Part shown: piece by piece, positions 20,314 to 32,110 of the stretch
How positions within the stretch are numbered: position 1 is the stretch's first letter
Layout of the letters: every line of letters begins with the position of its first letter
Assembly (NCBI GenBank): GCA_004322345.1
Contig: SCTQ01000220.1
Span: forward strand, 1,227 to 65,226
Length of the DNA: 64,000 bases
Reading direction: 5' to 3'
Source of the DNA: Aquabacterium sp.
Lineage (GTDB): Bacteria > Pseudomonadota > Gammaproteobacteria > Burkholderiales > Burkholderiaceae_C
Notes under the pieces: generated by a model
Told to the model about the DNA's origin: nothing
Database searches by the model: none
The model's input: only the letters and a program-made list of their open reading frames with translations
Made by a program: the position numbers and the translations under genes

Positions 20314-20363
20314 GTCCACTGAAGCGGAGGAATCGGAGGTGCGATTCCTCCGCTTCAGTGGAC
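20314..20363. repeat. Perfect 22-bp inverted repeat with 6-nt loop
   Basis: GTCCACTGAAGCGGAGGAATCG (20314-20335), GAGGTG, CGATTCCTCCGCTTCAGTGGAC (20342-20363). Confidence 0.97.
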
Positions 20364-20394
20364 GTCTTTCGGAGCAGCCGGTTGCCCGGCGGGA

Positions 20395-23300
20395 TCAGCC
20401 GGGCTCGATCAGTTCGCCGCGGGCCGTGACGAAGGCGCAGCGCGGCCGCTCGCCCACCGCCGCCTGCACGGCCTCGGCATAGCGCCGCAGCTGGGCGCGC
20501 AAGGCGGGATCCGCATCGGGGCGCGAGTCCAGCTTGAAGTCCAGCACCCACCAGCCGCCGTCGGCCAGCTTCACCAGCCGGTCCAGCCGCAGCACCTGGC
20601 CGCGGTGGCTGAGCTCGACCTCGTTGCCCGCCCATTCGGCCCGCCGCGGATCCAGCAGGGCCGCGAGTTCCTCGCGCCGCAGCACGCGGCCGGCAGCCGC
20701 GTCGACGAAGTCCACGCGTTCGGCGGGCAGGCCGAACTCGGCGCCGGCCTGGGCGAGCAGTGCCGGCCGTGCGGCCTCGCGCTCGGCCGGGGGCAGCGCG
20801 GTCAGCCACTGCAGCAGGCGGTGGAAGGCCTGGCCGGTGCGGGAGATCAGGTCGTCCGGCTCGTCCCCGGCTTCATCGTCGAAGGGCAGGTCCCAGGTGA
20901 CGCCGACGGGCCCGGGCGCCGCGTCGCCGGCGTGCGTGGCCTCCGGCAGCCCCGGCACCTCCGCGGCTTCCGCGGACGGCAAGACCGTCGGCGCGATGCC
21001 CGCCGGCGGCTCCCAGAGACGCTCCTCGGCCACCACCTGTGCGGCCAGCAGCCGCTGCCACCAGCTGGGCGCCGTGCCCCGCCGATGCGGCTCGCAGCGG
21101 CTGAGCACCAGCAGGTCCTTGGCCCGCGTCATCGCCACGTAGAGCGCGTTGAGTTCCTCGCGCTGGCGCGCCTCCTGCTCCTGCTGAAGCGCCGCGCGCA
21201 AGGCCGGCGGCGGGCGCGACTCGGAACGCAGGAAGGCGCAACGCAGGGGATGCCCTTCCTCCACCGGCCAGTCCACCAGCAGCGTGTTGGTGTCGGCCTT
21301 GCCGGGGCCGGCGTCGGCATCGGCCAGGAACACGGCCTGGGCCTCCAGACCCTTGGCGCCGTGCACGGTCAGCAGTTGCACGGCATCGGCCGCGGCGGTG
21401 GCCGGCAGCTTCAGCGCACGGCGCTTCAATGCCTGCAGGAAACCGTAGGGCGTGGCATAGCGCCCACTGTCCAGGCGCAGCGCCAGCGCCAGCACGGCGT
21501 CGACATGACCGAGCGCCGCATTGCGCTGCGACGGCGGCACCGCGGCGGCCAGGCGCTCGCGCAGCCGGCCCTCGTCGAGCACGCGGTCCAGCAGGTCGTG
21601 CGGCGGCAGGTGGTCGGCCGCCTGCTGCCAGCGCCGCAGCAGGCCGGCGGCGCGGCGCAAGGGCTGCGGCAAGGTGTCGTCCGCCTCGGCCGCCCAGTCC
21701 TGCAGCGCGGCCCACCACTGCCCGCGTCCGCGCACGCGCAGGGCCAGAGCGACGAGGTCGTCGTCGCCCGCGGCGAACAGCGGGCTGCGCAGCACCTGGG
21801 CCAGGGCCAGGTCGTGATGCGGCGAGGTCAGCACGTCCAGCAGCGCGAGCAGGTCGCGCGCCTCGGCCGCGTCGAGCAGGCTGCGCGCCTCGGGCAGCAC
21901 GTGGGGGATGCGACGCTCGCGCAAGGCCTCGGCCGCCCAGCGCAGCGCCTCGCGCTTGCGCGCGAGCACGAAGATCTCCCTGGCCGGCAGCCCCTGCTCC
22001 AGCAGCGCCTGGATGGCCGCCGCGATCTGCCGCCCTTCGCGCAGGCGCAGGGCCTCCTCGGCAGCCACGCGCGGCACGCCGAGGCTGTCGCGCCAGGCCT
22101 GCCCGCCGGCTGCATCCTCCCGGGCCGCCTTGACGCGGGAGATGGCCGGCAGCGCACGCAGCGGCGGCGGCATCGGGTCGGTCCCGCGGCTCGTCGTGTG
22201 GGCGCGGAAGCCGGCGAACTCGCCTTGCTGCGTCGCCTGCTCGAACACGCTGTTCAGCGCCTCCAGCACGCCGGGCGCGTTGCGCCGCGTGTGGTCGCAG
22301 GCCAGCAGCGAGCCGCCCAGCCCGTCGGCCACGAAGCGCTGCGCGGCGATGAAGACGCGCGGCTCGGCGCGGCGGAAGCGGTAGATGCTCTGCTTGGGGT
22401 CGCCGACGATGAAGACGCCCGGGGGCTGCTGCCCGCTGGCGCCGCCACCCGCGCCGGCGTAGCCCGCCAGCCAGGCCTGCAACGCCTGCCATTGCAGCGG
22501 GCTGGTGTCCTGGAACTCGTCGATCAGCACCTGGCGCACGCGTGCGTCCAGGCGCTCCTGCACCCAGCCTGCCAGGCTCGCGTCGCGCAGCAGGTGCAGC
22601 GCGGCCAGCTCCAGGTCGGCCATGTCGGCCAGGCCACGTTCGCGCTTGAGCTGCGCGTATTCGGCCAGCAGCACACGCGTCAGGCGCGCGGCGCTCAGGT
22701 GCAGCTCGCGCGCCTCGTGCTGGTCCACGGCCTCGATGACGCGCAGCAGCCAGCCTGCGGCATGGTCCAGGCAGGGGTGTTCGGGCAAGCGGGCCTGCAC
22801 GGTGTTGGACTTGGTCAGCAGGGCCTCGCGGACCAGGGCCAGCGCGCGCGCATGGTCGGTCTCCATCAATGCGGCGTCCAGCCTGGCGGCGGCCTTGCCG
22901 GCCGTCACGCTCTTGTGGCCGGTCCAGTCGCGCACCAGCTGGCGCAGGGACTCGACGAAACGCGCGTCCCCGCAGGCGGCCGCGGGATGGGTCCAGGCGG
23001 CGAATTCGGGCCAGCCTTCGGCCACTTCGGGCACGCTGGCATCGACCACGCCGGCGGCATCGGCCAGCTCGAACTCGATGCGCCTGCCCAGCGCCGCCAG
23101 CAGCCACGCCGACGCGGCATGGCGCCCCAGGCGGCCGACCCAGTCCACATAGGCTGCACGCAGCTGTGCATCGGCGCCCACGCGCGCATGGAAGGCACGC
23201 CACAGGTCGGGCAGCAGGTCCTCGATGTCCTCCACCAGCACCAGGTCCGGCGCCAGGCCCAGCGAGGCCAGCATGTCCATCGGCGCGGCGCGCAGCAGCT

Positions 23301-23733
23301 GGGAGAACCAGCCGTGGAAGGTATGGATGGAGACCGCGCGGCCGCTGGCCAGCAGCCGTGCGCGCAGCGAGCCCAGCGCCTCGGCCGCACGCGACACGTC
23401 GGCCGCCGCGACGCCGCGGGCCAGCAGCTCGGCCTCGCGCTGGTGCGGCGCCGCGCGCGTGAAGGCGTCCAGCCATTGCGTCAGGCGCTCGCGCATCTCG
23501 GCCGCGGCCTTGCGCGTGAAGGTGATGGCCAGCACCTCCTGCGGCTCGCAGCCGTCGAGCAGCGCGCGCAGGATGCGCGAGACCAGCATCCAGGTCTTGC
23601 CCGCGCCCGCGCAGGCCTCGACGACGACGCTGCGCCGCGGGTCGCAGGCTACGGCGTAGAAGCGCTCGCTGCCGGCGAGCTGGCCGTCGATCCAGTACGA
23701 AGGGCCGGGCATCGGACCGCCCTGCGCGCTCAT
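20395..23733 (-). CDS. addA: UvrD-family helicase/nuclease, AddA subunit
   Basis: Walker A ACAGAGKT, ITFTRKAAAEM, LIDEFQDTS, VGDPKQSIYRFRRA, TVHGAKGLE, LYVAMTRA, C-terminal LDRLV...LDFK nuclease. Confidence 0.92.
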   Translation of the reverse strand: MSAQGGPMPGPSYWIDGQLAGSERFYAVACDPRRSVVVEACAGAGKTWMLVSRILRALLDGCEPQEVLAITFTRKAAAEMRERLTQWLDAFTRAAPHQREAELLARGVAAADVSRAAEALGSLRARLLASGRAVSIHTFHGWFSQLLRAAPMDMLASLGLAPDLVLVEDIEDLLPDLWRAFHARVGADAQLRAAYVDWVGRLGRHAASAWLLAALGRRIEFELADAAGVVDASVPEVAEGWPEFAAWTHPAAACGDARFVESLRQLVRDWTGHKSVTAGKAAARLDAALMETDHARALALVREALLTKSNTVQARLPEHPCLDHAAGWLLRVIEAVDQHEARELHLSAARLTRVLLAEYAQLKRERGLADMADLELAALHLLRDASLAGWVQERLDARVRQVLIDEFQDTSPLQWQALQAWLAGYAGAGGGASGQQPPGVFIVGDPKQSIYRFRRAEPRVFIAAQRFVADGLGGSLLACDHTRRNAPGVLEALNSVFEQATQQGEFAGFRAHTTSRGTDPMPPPLRALPAISRVKAAREDAAGGQAWRDSLGVPRVAAEEALRLREGRQIAAAIQALLEQGLPAREIFVLARKREALRWAAEALRERRIPHVLPEARSLLDAAEARDLLALLDVLTSPHHDLALAQVLRSPLFAAGDDDLVALALRVRGRGQWWAALQDWAAEADDTLPQPLRRAAGLLRRWQQAADHLPPHDLLDRVLDEGRLRERLAAAVPPSQRNAALGHVDAVLALALRLDSGRYATPYGFLQALKRRALKLPATAAADAVQLLTVHGAKGLEAQAVFLADADAGPGKADTNTLLVDWPVEEGHPLRCAFLRSESRPPPALRAALQQEQEARQREELNALYVAMTRAKDLLVLSRCEPHRRGTAPSWWQRLLAAQVVAEERLWEPPAGIAPTVLPSAEAAEVPGLPEATHAGDAAPGPVGVTWDLPFDDEAGDEPDDLISRTGQAFHRLLQWLTALPPAEREAARPALLAQAGAEFGLPAERVDFVDAAAGRVLRREELAALLDPRRAEWAGNEVELSHRGQVLRLDRLVKLADGGWWVLDFKLDSRPDADPALRAQLRRYAEAVQAAVGERPRCAFVTARGELIEPG

Positions 23734-26435
23734 GCCTGCCCCTCCCAGTGGTCACGCCGGCACAGCCCGCGCGCCGCGCACCAGTCGCAGGCTTCGCCTT
23801 CCCCCAGGGCGGGCATCTCGGCCCCGGCCGCGATGCGCGAGAGGTCCGAGGCCAGCCCCGCCAGCAGGGCCGAGGCCGTCTCCTGCACCTCGGGATGCAC
23901 GACCTCCTCGACCGCGCGGTCCTCCAGCGCAAGGTAGCTCGCCGCGATGCTGCCATCCAGGCCGGCGAGTTCCAGCGCGGCCGCGTAGAAGGCCATCTGC
24001 GTGTCCTCGGTGGGCTGCCGCACCAGTGCCTGCAGCCGGGTGGCGGAGCGGGTCTTGTAGTCGACGATGCGCCAGGCGGGCTGCGATGGCGTCGTGCCGC
24101 CGAGCCGATCGAGACGGTCGATGCGCCCCTGGAGCATCACGGGCTGCACCTGCAGGTCGAAAGCCGGCAGCGGGGCCTCGAAGGGTGCCTCCATGCGGCG
24201 CACGTCCACGCCGGCCGCACGCTGCTTGCGCCACCAGTCGAGGTAAAGCGGGGCCATGCGCTCGAAGGCGGCGGCGAAGAGCAGGAAGTCGGCCGCGCCG
24301 CTTTGCTCATCGTCCCATCCGGATTCGGCGCTGACCTCGCGGGCGGCGGCCTGCAGGCGCTCCAGGTCCCCCTCCGGAGCTGCCCCGCGTTCGCCTTCGT
24401 GGAAGCGCTTGAGCACCTCGTGCAGCCAGGTGCCGTAGTCGCGCTTGGATACCTCTTCCTCGACCTCGTCCTCCTCGCGCAGGCCCAGCAGGGTGCGCGC
24501 GTGGAAGCGGTAGGGGCAGGCACGCAGGTCCTCGTAGGCGGACGCGCTCAGCCGGCGCGGCAGGAGCCTGGCGACGGCCTGCTCGGGCAGGCTGGGCCGC
24601 GGCGCCGTCGTCGCGGCAGCCGGCAGGCTGCGGCGCACCCGTGCGTCGCCAGCGACGGGCAAGGCGGACAGGTCCCCCAGCCCGGACTCCACTGCCCAGC
24701 GCTGCAGCAGGCCGGCCGGCTGCAGCAGCCGCTCGCCGTCGGCATGGCGCCAGGACAACCACACTGCCGCGCCCGCCAGCCCCAGCCGCACGGCCGCCCA
24801 GCTGAGTTCGGCCATCTGCGTGCGGCCGGGCAGTTGCAGTTCGTCCAGCAGGCGGCCGCCCAGCCAGGACATGGGGGGCTCCGGCACGTACAGGTGCTCG
24901 TCGTCTGCGCCGGGCCAGACGATGGCCGAGAACGGGCGCAGCACGGCACGCGCCGGCGGCGTGATCAGCACCTGCGGCGAAGGCGGCGCCGAGGGCGCAT
25001 AGGACGCCTGTTCCAGGCAGGCATCGACCCAGTCGGCAAAGGCATCCGCGTCGAGTTCGGTCGTGGCCGCGACGCGTGACCATGCCGCGGCCAGCTCGGC
25101 GGGCTCGCCCGCCCGCGGCAGCAGGCGCACGGCAGCCAGCACCTGGGCGCCGGCCTCGTCGGCTACCAGTTGCGTCCAGCTGCCCAGCTGCTGCAGCAGG
25201 CCCTGCAGCCTCTGCAGCGCCTGCTCCAGCGGCAGCGCGCCGCGCCAGCGCAACGCGGCCGTGGCGCGGCGCGCTGCCTGCCACCAGTCCAGGGCGGCGG
25301 CCTCCAGGTCCACCGCCTCGGCACCGGCTTCGTCGTCGCCGGCGAGCCAGATGCCCGCGCGACGTTGGCGCGCGAGCCAGGCCTCCAGGTCGCGCCAGGC
25401 GTCCGTGTCCAGGCCTTCGCGGCCAGCCCATCCCGAATGCAGGGCATCCAGCAACTGCTGGGCGGTGGCGCGCTGGTGCGAGGCGCGCAGCCAGGCCATC
25501 AGCGCCGAGCCCGCGCGCGTGGTGGACAGCTTCCAGCCGGTCTCGTCGGCCACGCGCAGGCCGCTGCGCTCGAGCAAGGCGCGCACGCGCCGCACCAGTT
25601 CGCGGTCCTGCGCGACCAGGGCCACTGGCAGGCCCGGCCGTGCCTGCACGATCAACTCGGCCGCGGCACGCTGGGCCTCGTCCTCGAAGTCGGTGCAGGC
25701 GGCGAGCCTGAGGCGGGCCACGTCGTCGCGCGGGTCGGCATCCAGCCGCAGCAACGCCGTCCCCTGGCCGGCGAGCCCGCGAGCCCATGCGGACACGAAG
25801 GCATCGTCACCCGTGCCGCCGACCAGCACGCAGGCCACCGGCCGCCAGGCCCAGAGCACGTCGGTGCGGTGCTCGACGATGCGCGCAGCCCACTCCAGCC
25901 CGATCAGGGCCAGCATGCGTTCGCGCGCCAGCACGCCGGCCACGGCACCCAGCACTGCACGCATCTGCGCGACGTAGGCCTCGCGGTCCGCGGGCGGGCG
26001 GGCCGCAAGCTGAGCAGCCCAGGCCTGCGCGGCCTCCAGCACGCGCTGCACGCCGAGCTCGAAGCCGCGGCGGTCGCGCCTGCGCCAGGCGCGTGCCCAT
26101 TCCTCGCGCAGCAGCAGCGCGCGTGCGGCCAGCACGTCCATGCTGCCGTCGCCGGTGGGCAGCACGCCCTCGCCCCGCAGCCGCCCGCCGGCCTCGGCCG
26201 CGAAGGTCGCCACGGTGCCCATGCGCGGCAGCCAGCCGTCCTCACCTTCCGCCCAGGCCGCGCGCGCCAGCGGCAGGTGCGCAGCCAGCGGCAGCAAGAC
26301 CACGGTATCGCGCGCCTGCAGCCCTTGCGCATGCAGCCAGGCGCGCACCTGCGCAGCCCAGCGCGTCCACCACGCCTGCGCATCGCCTTCCAGCGGCTGC
26401 TGCTGTCGCGTGAGGGGGGTCGCTATCGTGGTCAT
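23730..26435 (-). CDS. addB: PD-(D/E)XK nuclease, AddB subunit
   Basis: [28 protein letters not shown]-terminal [10 protein letters not shown] (four-Cys Fe-S staple); ATGA overlap with addA. Confidence 0.9.
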   Translation of the reverse strand: MTTIATPLTRQQQPLEGDAQAWWTRWAAQVRAWLHAQGLQARDTVVLLPLAAHLPLARAAWAEGEDGWLPRMGTVATFAAEAGGRLRGEGVLPTGDGSMDVLAARALLLREEWARAWRRRDRRGFELGVQRVLEAAQAWAAQLAARPPADREAYVAQMRAVLGAVAGVLARERMLALIGLEWAARIVEHRTDVLWAWRPVACVLVGGTGDDAFVSAWARGLAGQGTALLRLDADPRDDVARLRLAACTDFEDEAQRAAAELIVQARPGLPVALVAQDRELVRRVRALLERSGLRVADETGWKLSTTRAGSALMAWLRASHQRATAQQLLDALHSGWAGREGLDTDAWRDLEAWLARQRRAGIWLAGDDEAGAEAVDLEAAALDWWQAARRATAALRWRGALPLEQALQRLQGLLQQLGSWTQLVADEAGAQVLAAVRLLPRAGEPAELAAAWSRVAATTELDADAFADWVDACLEQASYAPSAPPSPQVLITPPARAVLRPFSAIVWPGADDEHLYVPEPPMSWLGGRLLDELQLPGRTQMAELSWAAVRLGLAGAAVWLSWRHADGERLLQPAGLLQRWAVESGLGDLSALPVAGDARVRRSLPAAATTAPRPSLPEQAVARLLPRRLSASAYEDLRACPYRFHARTLLGLREEDEVEEEVSKRDYGTWLHEVLKRFHEGERGAAPEGDLERLQAAAREVSAESGWDDEQSGAADFLLFAAAFERMAPLYLDWWRKQRAAGVDVRRMEAPFEAPLPAFDLQVQPVMLQGRIDRLDRLGGTTPSQPAWRIVDYKTRSATRLQALVRQPTEDTQMAFYAAALELAGLDGSIAASYLALEDRAVEEVVHPEVQETASALLAGLASDLSRIAAGAEMPALGEGEACDWCAARGLCRRDHWEGQA

Positions 26436-26577
26436 AGGCAGGGCGGTCCGGGGGCGGCCTCTTGAATTGAAGCCTTTATGTCAGAATCTTTTTCACTCGA
26501 CGGCATTGTCGATCCCCCCACGAGCCGCGCCAGCCGCCGTCATTTGGCAGCGACGCTCGTTGCATGAGGACAGGAGC

Positions 26578-26907
26578 ATGAGCAGCGAACTGATCAAGAA
26601 AATCTCGGACGCCACCTTCGAAGGCGACGTCCTCAAGGCCAGCCAGCCCGTGCTGGTCGACTACTGGGCCGAATGGTGCGGCCCCTGCAAGCAGATCGCC
26701 CCCATCCTGGACGAAGTCGCCCAGGACTATGGCGCACGCCTGCAGATCGCCAAGCTGAACGTGGACGAGAACCGCGAGGTTCCCGCCAAGTTCGGCATCC
26801 GCGGCATCCCCACCCTGATGCTGTTCAAGAACGGCCAGCTGGCCGCCACGAAGGTCGGCGCCCTGTCGAAAGCCCAGTTGACGGCCTTCATCGACGCGAA
26901 CCTATAA
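26578..26907 (+). CDS. trxA: Thioredoxin 1
   Basis: [25 protein letters not shown]. Confidence 0.97.
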   Translation: MSSELIKKISDATFEGDVLKASQPVLVDYWAEWCGPCKQIAPILDEVAQDYGARLQIAKLNVDENREVPAKFGIRGIPTLMLFKNGQLAATKVGALSKAQLTAFIDANL

Positions 26908-26922
26908 TTCGCGCACTGTCGA

Positions 26923-26954
26923 CCGCGGACGGGGTTGCACCCCGAAGTCCGCGG
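26923..26954 (+). other. Strong hairpin between trxA and rho
   Basis: CCGCGGAC-GGGGT-TGC-ACCCC-GAA-GTCCGCGG: 13-bp stem with 3-nt bulge, no U-tract. Confidence 0.7.
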
Positions 26955-27198
26955 CGGCAGAAAACCCAGACAGCTGCTGCGCACAACCGGTCACGAACCG
27001 GCAGGATGCACGAAGTCCTCGCAGCGGCGGTCGCGGGCAAATCCCGGCGGCGAGCGCCGCCACCTCCCCCAAGACACTTTTCGCCCGATAGCGCCGAGCC
27101 GGTGCAGCTGGACCAGCCGCACGCCTGACGGTCTCGCCCCACAGATATTCGGCACCGCATCCCGCGGCCTGCCACCTGTCCGCCAAGGGTCCCCACCC

Positions 27199-28461
<1,263 letters not shown>

Positions 28462-28613
28462 CCCCCCGCCCGCTGGCACCGCGGGAACAGCCCGATTCTG
28501 GGCTATACTCGCGGGCTTTTCGGCCACTGCGGCCGTCCATCTACGCGGAAAGTGCGTCCCCTGAGCAAATGCCAGGCAGGCAGCGGCTGCCGCAACTGAC
28601 GAGTGAGGTTTCC

Positions 28614-28868
28614 ATGAAAGAAGGCATCCATCCCGCCTACCGCGACGTGTGCTTCGTCGACCTGTCGAACGGCTTCAAGTTCGTGACCCGTTCCTGCGCC
28701 CAGACGAAGGAAACGATCAAGCTGGACGACGGCCGCGAAGTGCCGCTGTTCAAGCTGGAAACCTCCAGCGAATCGCATCCCTTCTACACCGGCACGCAGA
28801 AGAGCGTGGACTCTCTGGGCGGCCGCGTCGAGAAGTTCCGCAACAAGTTTGCGCACCTGAAGAAGTAA
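28614..28868 (+). CDS. rpmE2: 50S ribosomal protein L31, type B
   Basis: [23 protein letters not shown]; no CxxC pairs. Confidence 0.95.
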   Translation: MKEGIHPAYRDVCFVDLSNGFKFVTRSCAQTKETIKLDDGREVPLFKLETSSESHPFYTGTQKSVDSLGGRVEKFRNKFAHLKK

Positions 28869-28901
28869 ACACACCCGGGCGCTCGTCGCCCTGTGTTGGA
28901 C

Positions 28902-28928
28902 AAGGCGGCTGCGGCCGCCTTTTCTTTT
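28902..28928 (+). terminator. Intrinsic terminator after rpmE2
   Basis: AAGGCGGC-TGCG-GCCGCCTT followed by TTCTTTT. Confidence 0.85.
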
Positions 28929-29010
28929 GCCAGCCCCATGAGCCGGCTGGCGCAGCGCCTAATATCCGGCCCCAGCCCCCCCACCCCGGCGACGACGCCT
29001 CTCCCACGAC

Positions 29011-30672
29011 GTGAACACGCCGACCCCCGCCCTGGTCACGCAGAGCAGCGCCCAGCGTCTGCCGCGCCTGGCCTTGTGGCTGTTGTGCGCTGCCTACCTG
29101 CTGCCCGGGCTCTTCGGCCGGGATCCCTGGAAACACGCCGACATCGCGGCTTTCGGCCAGATGCTGGGCATCGCCCGCGGCTGGACCTCGTGGTTCCACC
29201 CCAGCGTGGCCGGCGTGCCGGTGGACGGCGGCGGCCTGCTGCCCTACTGGCTGGGTGCGTCCTTCATCCACCTGCTGCCCTGGCTGGACCCGGCCTTCGC
29301 CGCCCGCCTGCCCTTCGCGTTGCTGCTGGGCGCCATCCTGCTGCTGACCTGGTACAGCACCTACCACCTGGCCCGCACCGATGCCGCCCAGCCCCTGCCG
29401 CTGGCCTTCGGCGGCGAGGCCAGCAGCGTGGACTACGCGCGCGCCATCGCCGACGGCGGCCTGCTCGCGCTGATCGCCTGCCTGGGCCTGCTGCAACTGG
29501 GCCACGAGACCACGCCCGAGCTGATGCAGCTCGGCGGCGCCACGCTCTATCTCTACGCGCTGACGGCCGCGGTGCCGCGACCGCTCTCCGCGCGCATCGC
29601 GGTGCTCGCCGCGCTGCCGCTGCTGGCCGGCAGCGGCAGCCCGAGCATGGCGATGCTGTATGCGGCCGCCGGCGTGCTGATCTCGCGTCTGCGCGGCAGC
29701 GATGCCGGGCTGCGGGCGCTGGCGCCGTGGATCCTGGCCTCGGCGGCGCTGGCCGCGCTCACCGGCTGGGCCACCTCCACCTGGGCCTGGCGTGTGCACG
29801 ACCACCCGGCCCTGCTGCCCATCCTGCGTTCGCTGATCTGGTTCCCCTGGCCGGCCTGGCCGCTGGCCGTGTGGACCCTGTGGCGCTGGCGCGGCCACCT
29901 GCTGCAGACCCACATCGCCACACCGTTGGGCATCGCGCTGATCGCGATCCTCTCCTGCCTGGGCATGAACGGATCGGACCGCGCCCTGCTGCTTTCGCTG
30001 CCCGGGCTGTCGGTGCTGGCGGCCTTCGCGCTGCCCACGCTCAAGCGCAGCGTGTCCTCGGCCATCGACTGGTTCGCGGTGTTCTTCTTCACCGCCTGCG
30101 CAATCGGCATCTGGGTGGTCTATTCGGCGGTGCAGACGGGCGTGCCGGCCAAGACCGCGGCCAACGTGGCCAAGCTGGCCGCACCCGGTTTCCGCTCGGA
30201 ATTCTCCTGGCCGGTGCTGCTGGTCGCCGCCGCCGCCACCCTGGCCTGGTTCGCCGTCGTGCGCTGGCGCACCAGCCGCAACCGCAAGGCGCTGTGGAAG
30301 AGCCTGGTGCTGCCGGCATCCGGCGTCTCGCTGTGCTGGCTGCTGCTGATGACGCTGTGGCTGCCCCTGCTGGACCACGGGCGCAGCTATCGCTCGCAGG
30401 TCGAGCGCCTGGGCCGGCACGTGCCGCGCGGCGAATGCGTCCTGGCGCCGGACGCCAACGCCGGCCTGCTGACCGCCCTGGAGTACTTCGCGCAGTTGCG
30501 CGTCTACGGCGGCCCGCTGGCCCGCAGCCCGCGCTGCAACTACCTGGTGCTCAACGTGCCGGGACGCGGCCAGTCGCCGCAGGTGCCCGGGTGGGTCGCC
30601 TTCGCCCGCGAACGCCAGCGCGGCGGCGCCAGCGACCAGGTGGTCATCTACCGCCGCACGCGCGAGGACTGA
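29011..30672 (+). CDS. Polytopic inner-membrane protein, ArnT/GT-C glycosyltransferase-like
   Basis: GTG start, GRDPWK..D loop after TM1, about 13 hydrophobic segments, soluble C-terminal domain. Family assignment is by recall. Confidence 0.6.
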   Translation: MNTPTPALVTQSSAQRLPRLALWLLCAAYLLPGLFGRDPWKHADIAAFGQMLGIARGWTSWFHPSVAGVPVDGGGLLPYWLGASFIHLLPWLDPAFAARLPFALLLGAILLLTWYSTYHLARTDAAQPLPLAFGGEASSVDYARAIADGGLLALIACLGLLQLGHETTPELMQLGGATLYLYALTAAVPRPLSARIAVLAALPLLAGSGSPSMAMLYAAAGVLISRLRGSDAGLRALAPWILASAALAALTGWATSTWAWRVHDHPALLPILRSLIWFPWPAWPLAVWTLWRWRGHLLQTHIATPLGIALIAILSCLGMNGSDRALLLSLPGLSVLAAFALPTLKRSVSSAIDWFAVFFFTACAIGIWVVYSAVQTGVPAKTAANVAKLAAPGFRSEFSWPVLLVAAAATLAWFAVVRWRTSRNRKALWKSLVLPASGVSLCWLLLMTLWLPLLDHGRSYRSQVERLGRHVPRGECVLAPDANAGLLTALEYFAQLRVYGGPLARSPRCNYLVLNVPGRGQSPQVPGWVAFARERQRGGASDQVVIYRRTRED

Positions 30673-30690
30673 GCCCGCCTTGCGCGCGGG

Positions 30691-32097
30691 TCACTTGACC
30701 ACGCGCAGCGGCGGCCACGACTCCTGCACGTCGGCATTCAGGGCCGGCGCCGCGCCGGGGCTGCTCTGGCTGCCGCCGCGCACGCGTGCCGCCGGGAACA
30801 GCAGGCTGAAACGCGATCCCTTGCCCACTTCGCTGTCGATGCGCAGCTCGCCCGCGTGGCGCTGGGCCACGTGCTTGACGATGGACAGCCCGAGGCCCGT
30901 GCCGCCGGTCTCGCGGGCGCGGCTGCCATCGACGCGGTAGAAGCGTTCGGTCAGCCGCGGGATGTGCTCACGGTCGATGCCCACGCCGGTGTCCGTCACC
31001 GAGAACTCGCCCTGCCCGTCCGGCAGGATGGCCCAGCGCACGTCAACGCTGCCGTCGGCAGGCGTGTAGCGCACGGCGTTGCCCGCGAGGTTGGCCAGCG
31101 CGCTGATCAGCTCGGTTTCCGAACCTGCCAGCTCGATGTCCTTCACAGCGGCATCGTCGAGCGACGTGAAGCTCAGCTTGTGGCGACCGCCGGACAGCGA
31201 ACGCGCGTCGCTCTCGACATGGGCCATCAGCTTGGACACGGGCACCCAGCGGTCCATCGCCGGGCGCGGGCTGCCCTCGAGCTTGGCCAGCGTCAGCAGG
31301 TCGCTGACCAGGGCCTGCATGCGATCGGTCTGCTGCGCCATCAGCCCCAGCACGCGCTTGCGCTCGACGTCGGTGAGCTGCAAGTGGGTCATGGACTCGA
31401 TGAAGCCGGCCAGCACGGTCAAGGGCGTGCGGATCTCGTGCGAGACGTTGGCCACGAAGTCGCGCCGCATGGTCTCGGCGCGTTCGCGCTCGGTGATGTC
31501 TTGGCTGAGCATCAGCTTGTGCCCGTCGCCGTAGGCGCGCAGCACCAGCATCAGCGTGCCCTGGCCCGACGGCTGGGTGATCTTCACCGGCTCGTCGAAG
31601 TTGCCCGCCTGCAGGTAGGACAGCAGGGCCGGGGCGCGCACGAGGTTGGTGATGCGCTGGCCGATGTCACGCTTGGGCTCCAGCCCGAAATGATCGGCCG
31701 CCATCGAACTGAACCACAGCACGTGGTCGCTGGCGTCCAGCAGCGTCACGCCGTTGGGCGCGGCATCGATGGCGGTGAAGAACTGCTCCAGGCGCCGGCG
31801 CTGCTCCTCCAGCTCGCGCTCGCGCAGCCGCAGCAGGCGTTCGGCGCGGTAGCCGACCTCGCCCCACGGCCCGTGCAGTGCCGGCGCAGGCTGCTCGGAC
31901 GGCTCGCGCAGCCACTTGGCCAGGCGGTAGCCCGGCAGCAGATCGCGCAGCAGGAAGAGGAAGGAGGCGCCGCCCAGCCCCAGTACCGTACCCATCAGTG
32001 GCGCATGGATCTGCCGGCCGCCGAGGAACCCGACCAGACTACCCAGGCCGAGTGCCGCCCAGAGCTTGAGGACGCGCGGGATCAGCCAGGATGGCAT
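30691..32097 (-). CDS. phoR: Phosphate regulon sensor kinase
   Basis: DFVANVSHEIRTPLTV, NAVRYT, RLTERFYRVD, GGTGLGLSIVKH; follows phoB. Confidence 0.96.
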   Translation of the reverse strand: MPSWLIPRVLKLWAALGLGSLVGFLGGRQIHAPLMGTVLGLGGASFLFLLRDLLPGYRLAKWLREPSEQPAPALHGPWGEVGYRAERLLRLRERELEEQRRRLEQFFTAIDAAPNGVTLLDASDHVLWFSSMAADHFGLEPKRDIGQRITNLVRAPALLSYLQAGNFDEPVKITQPSGQGTLMLVLRAYGDGHKLMLSQDITERERAETMRRDFVANVSHEIRTPLTVLAGFIESMTHLQLTDVERKRVLGLMAQQTDRMQALVSDLLTLAKLEGSPRPAMDRWVPVSKLMAHVESDARSLSGGRHKLSFTSLDDAAVKDIELAGSETELISALANLAGNAVRYTPADGSVDVRWAILPDGQGEFSVTDTGVGIDREHIPRLTERFYRVDGSRARETGGTGLGLSIVKHVAQRHAGELRIDSEVGKGSRFSLLFPAARVRGGSQSSPGAAPALNADVQESWPPLRVVK

Positions 32098-32110
32098 CGA
32101 GGGTCCCGGG

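Noticed and set aside
20231-20809. 193-codon N-terminal extension of the pseudokinase in the ORF track
   Set aside because: It overlaps addA on the same strand and crosses the inverted repeat and terminator; kinase homology begins just after ATG 20230.
20605-23937. Very long plus-strand ORFs (1110 aa and 1027 aa) opposite addA
   Set aside because: Antisense shadow ORFs typical of high-GC coding DNA; no motifs.
26932-26942. GGGTTGCACCC also present at 59022-59032
   Set aside because: An 11-mer match between two spacers is expected by chance in 64 kb of GC-rich DNA, and the flanks do not align.
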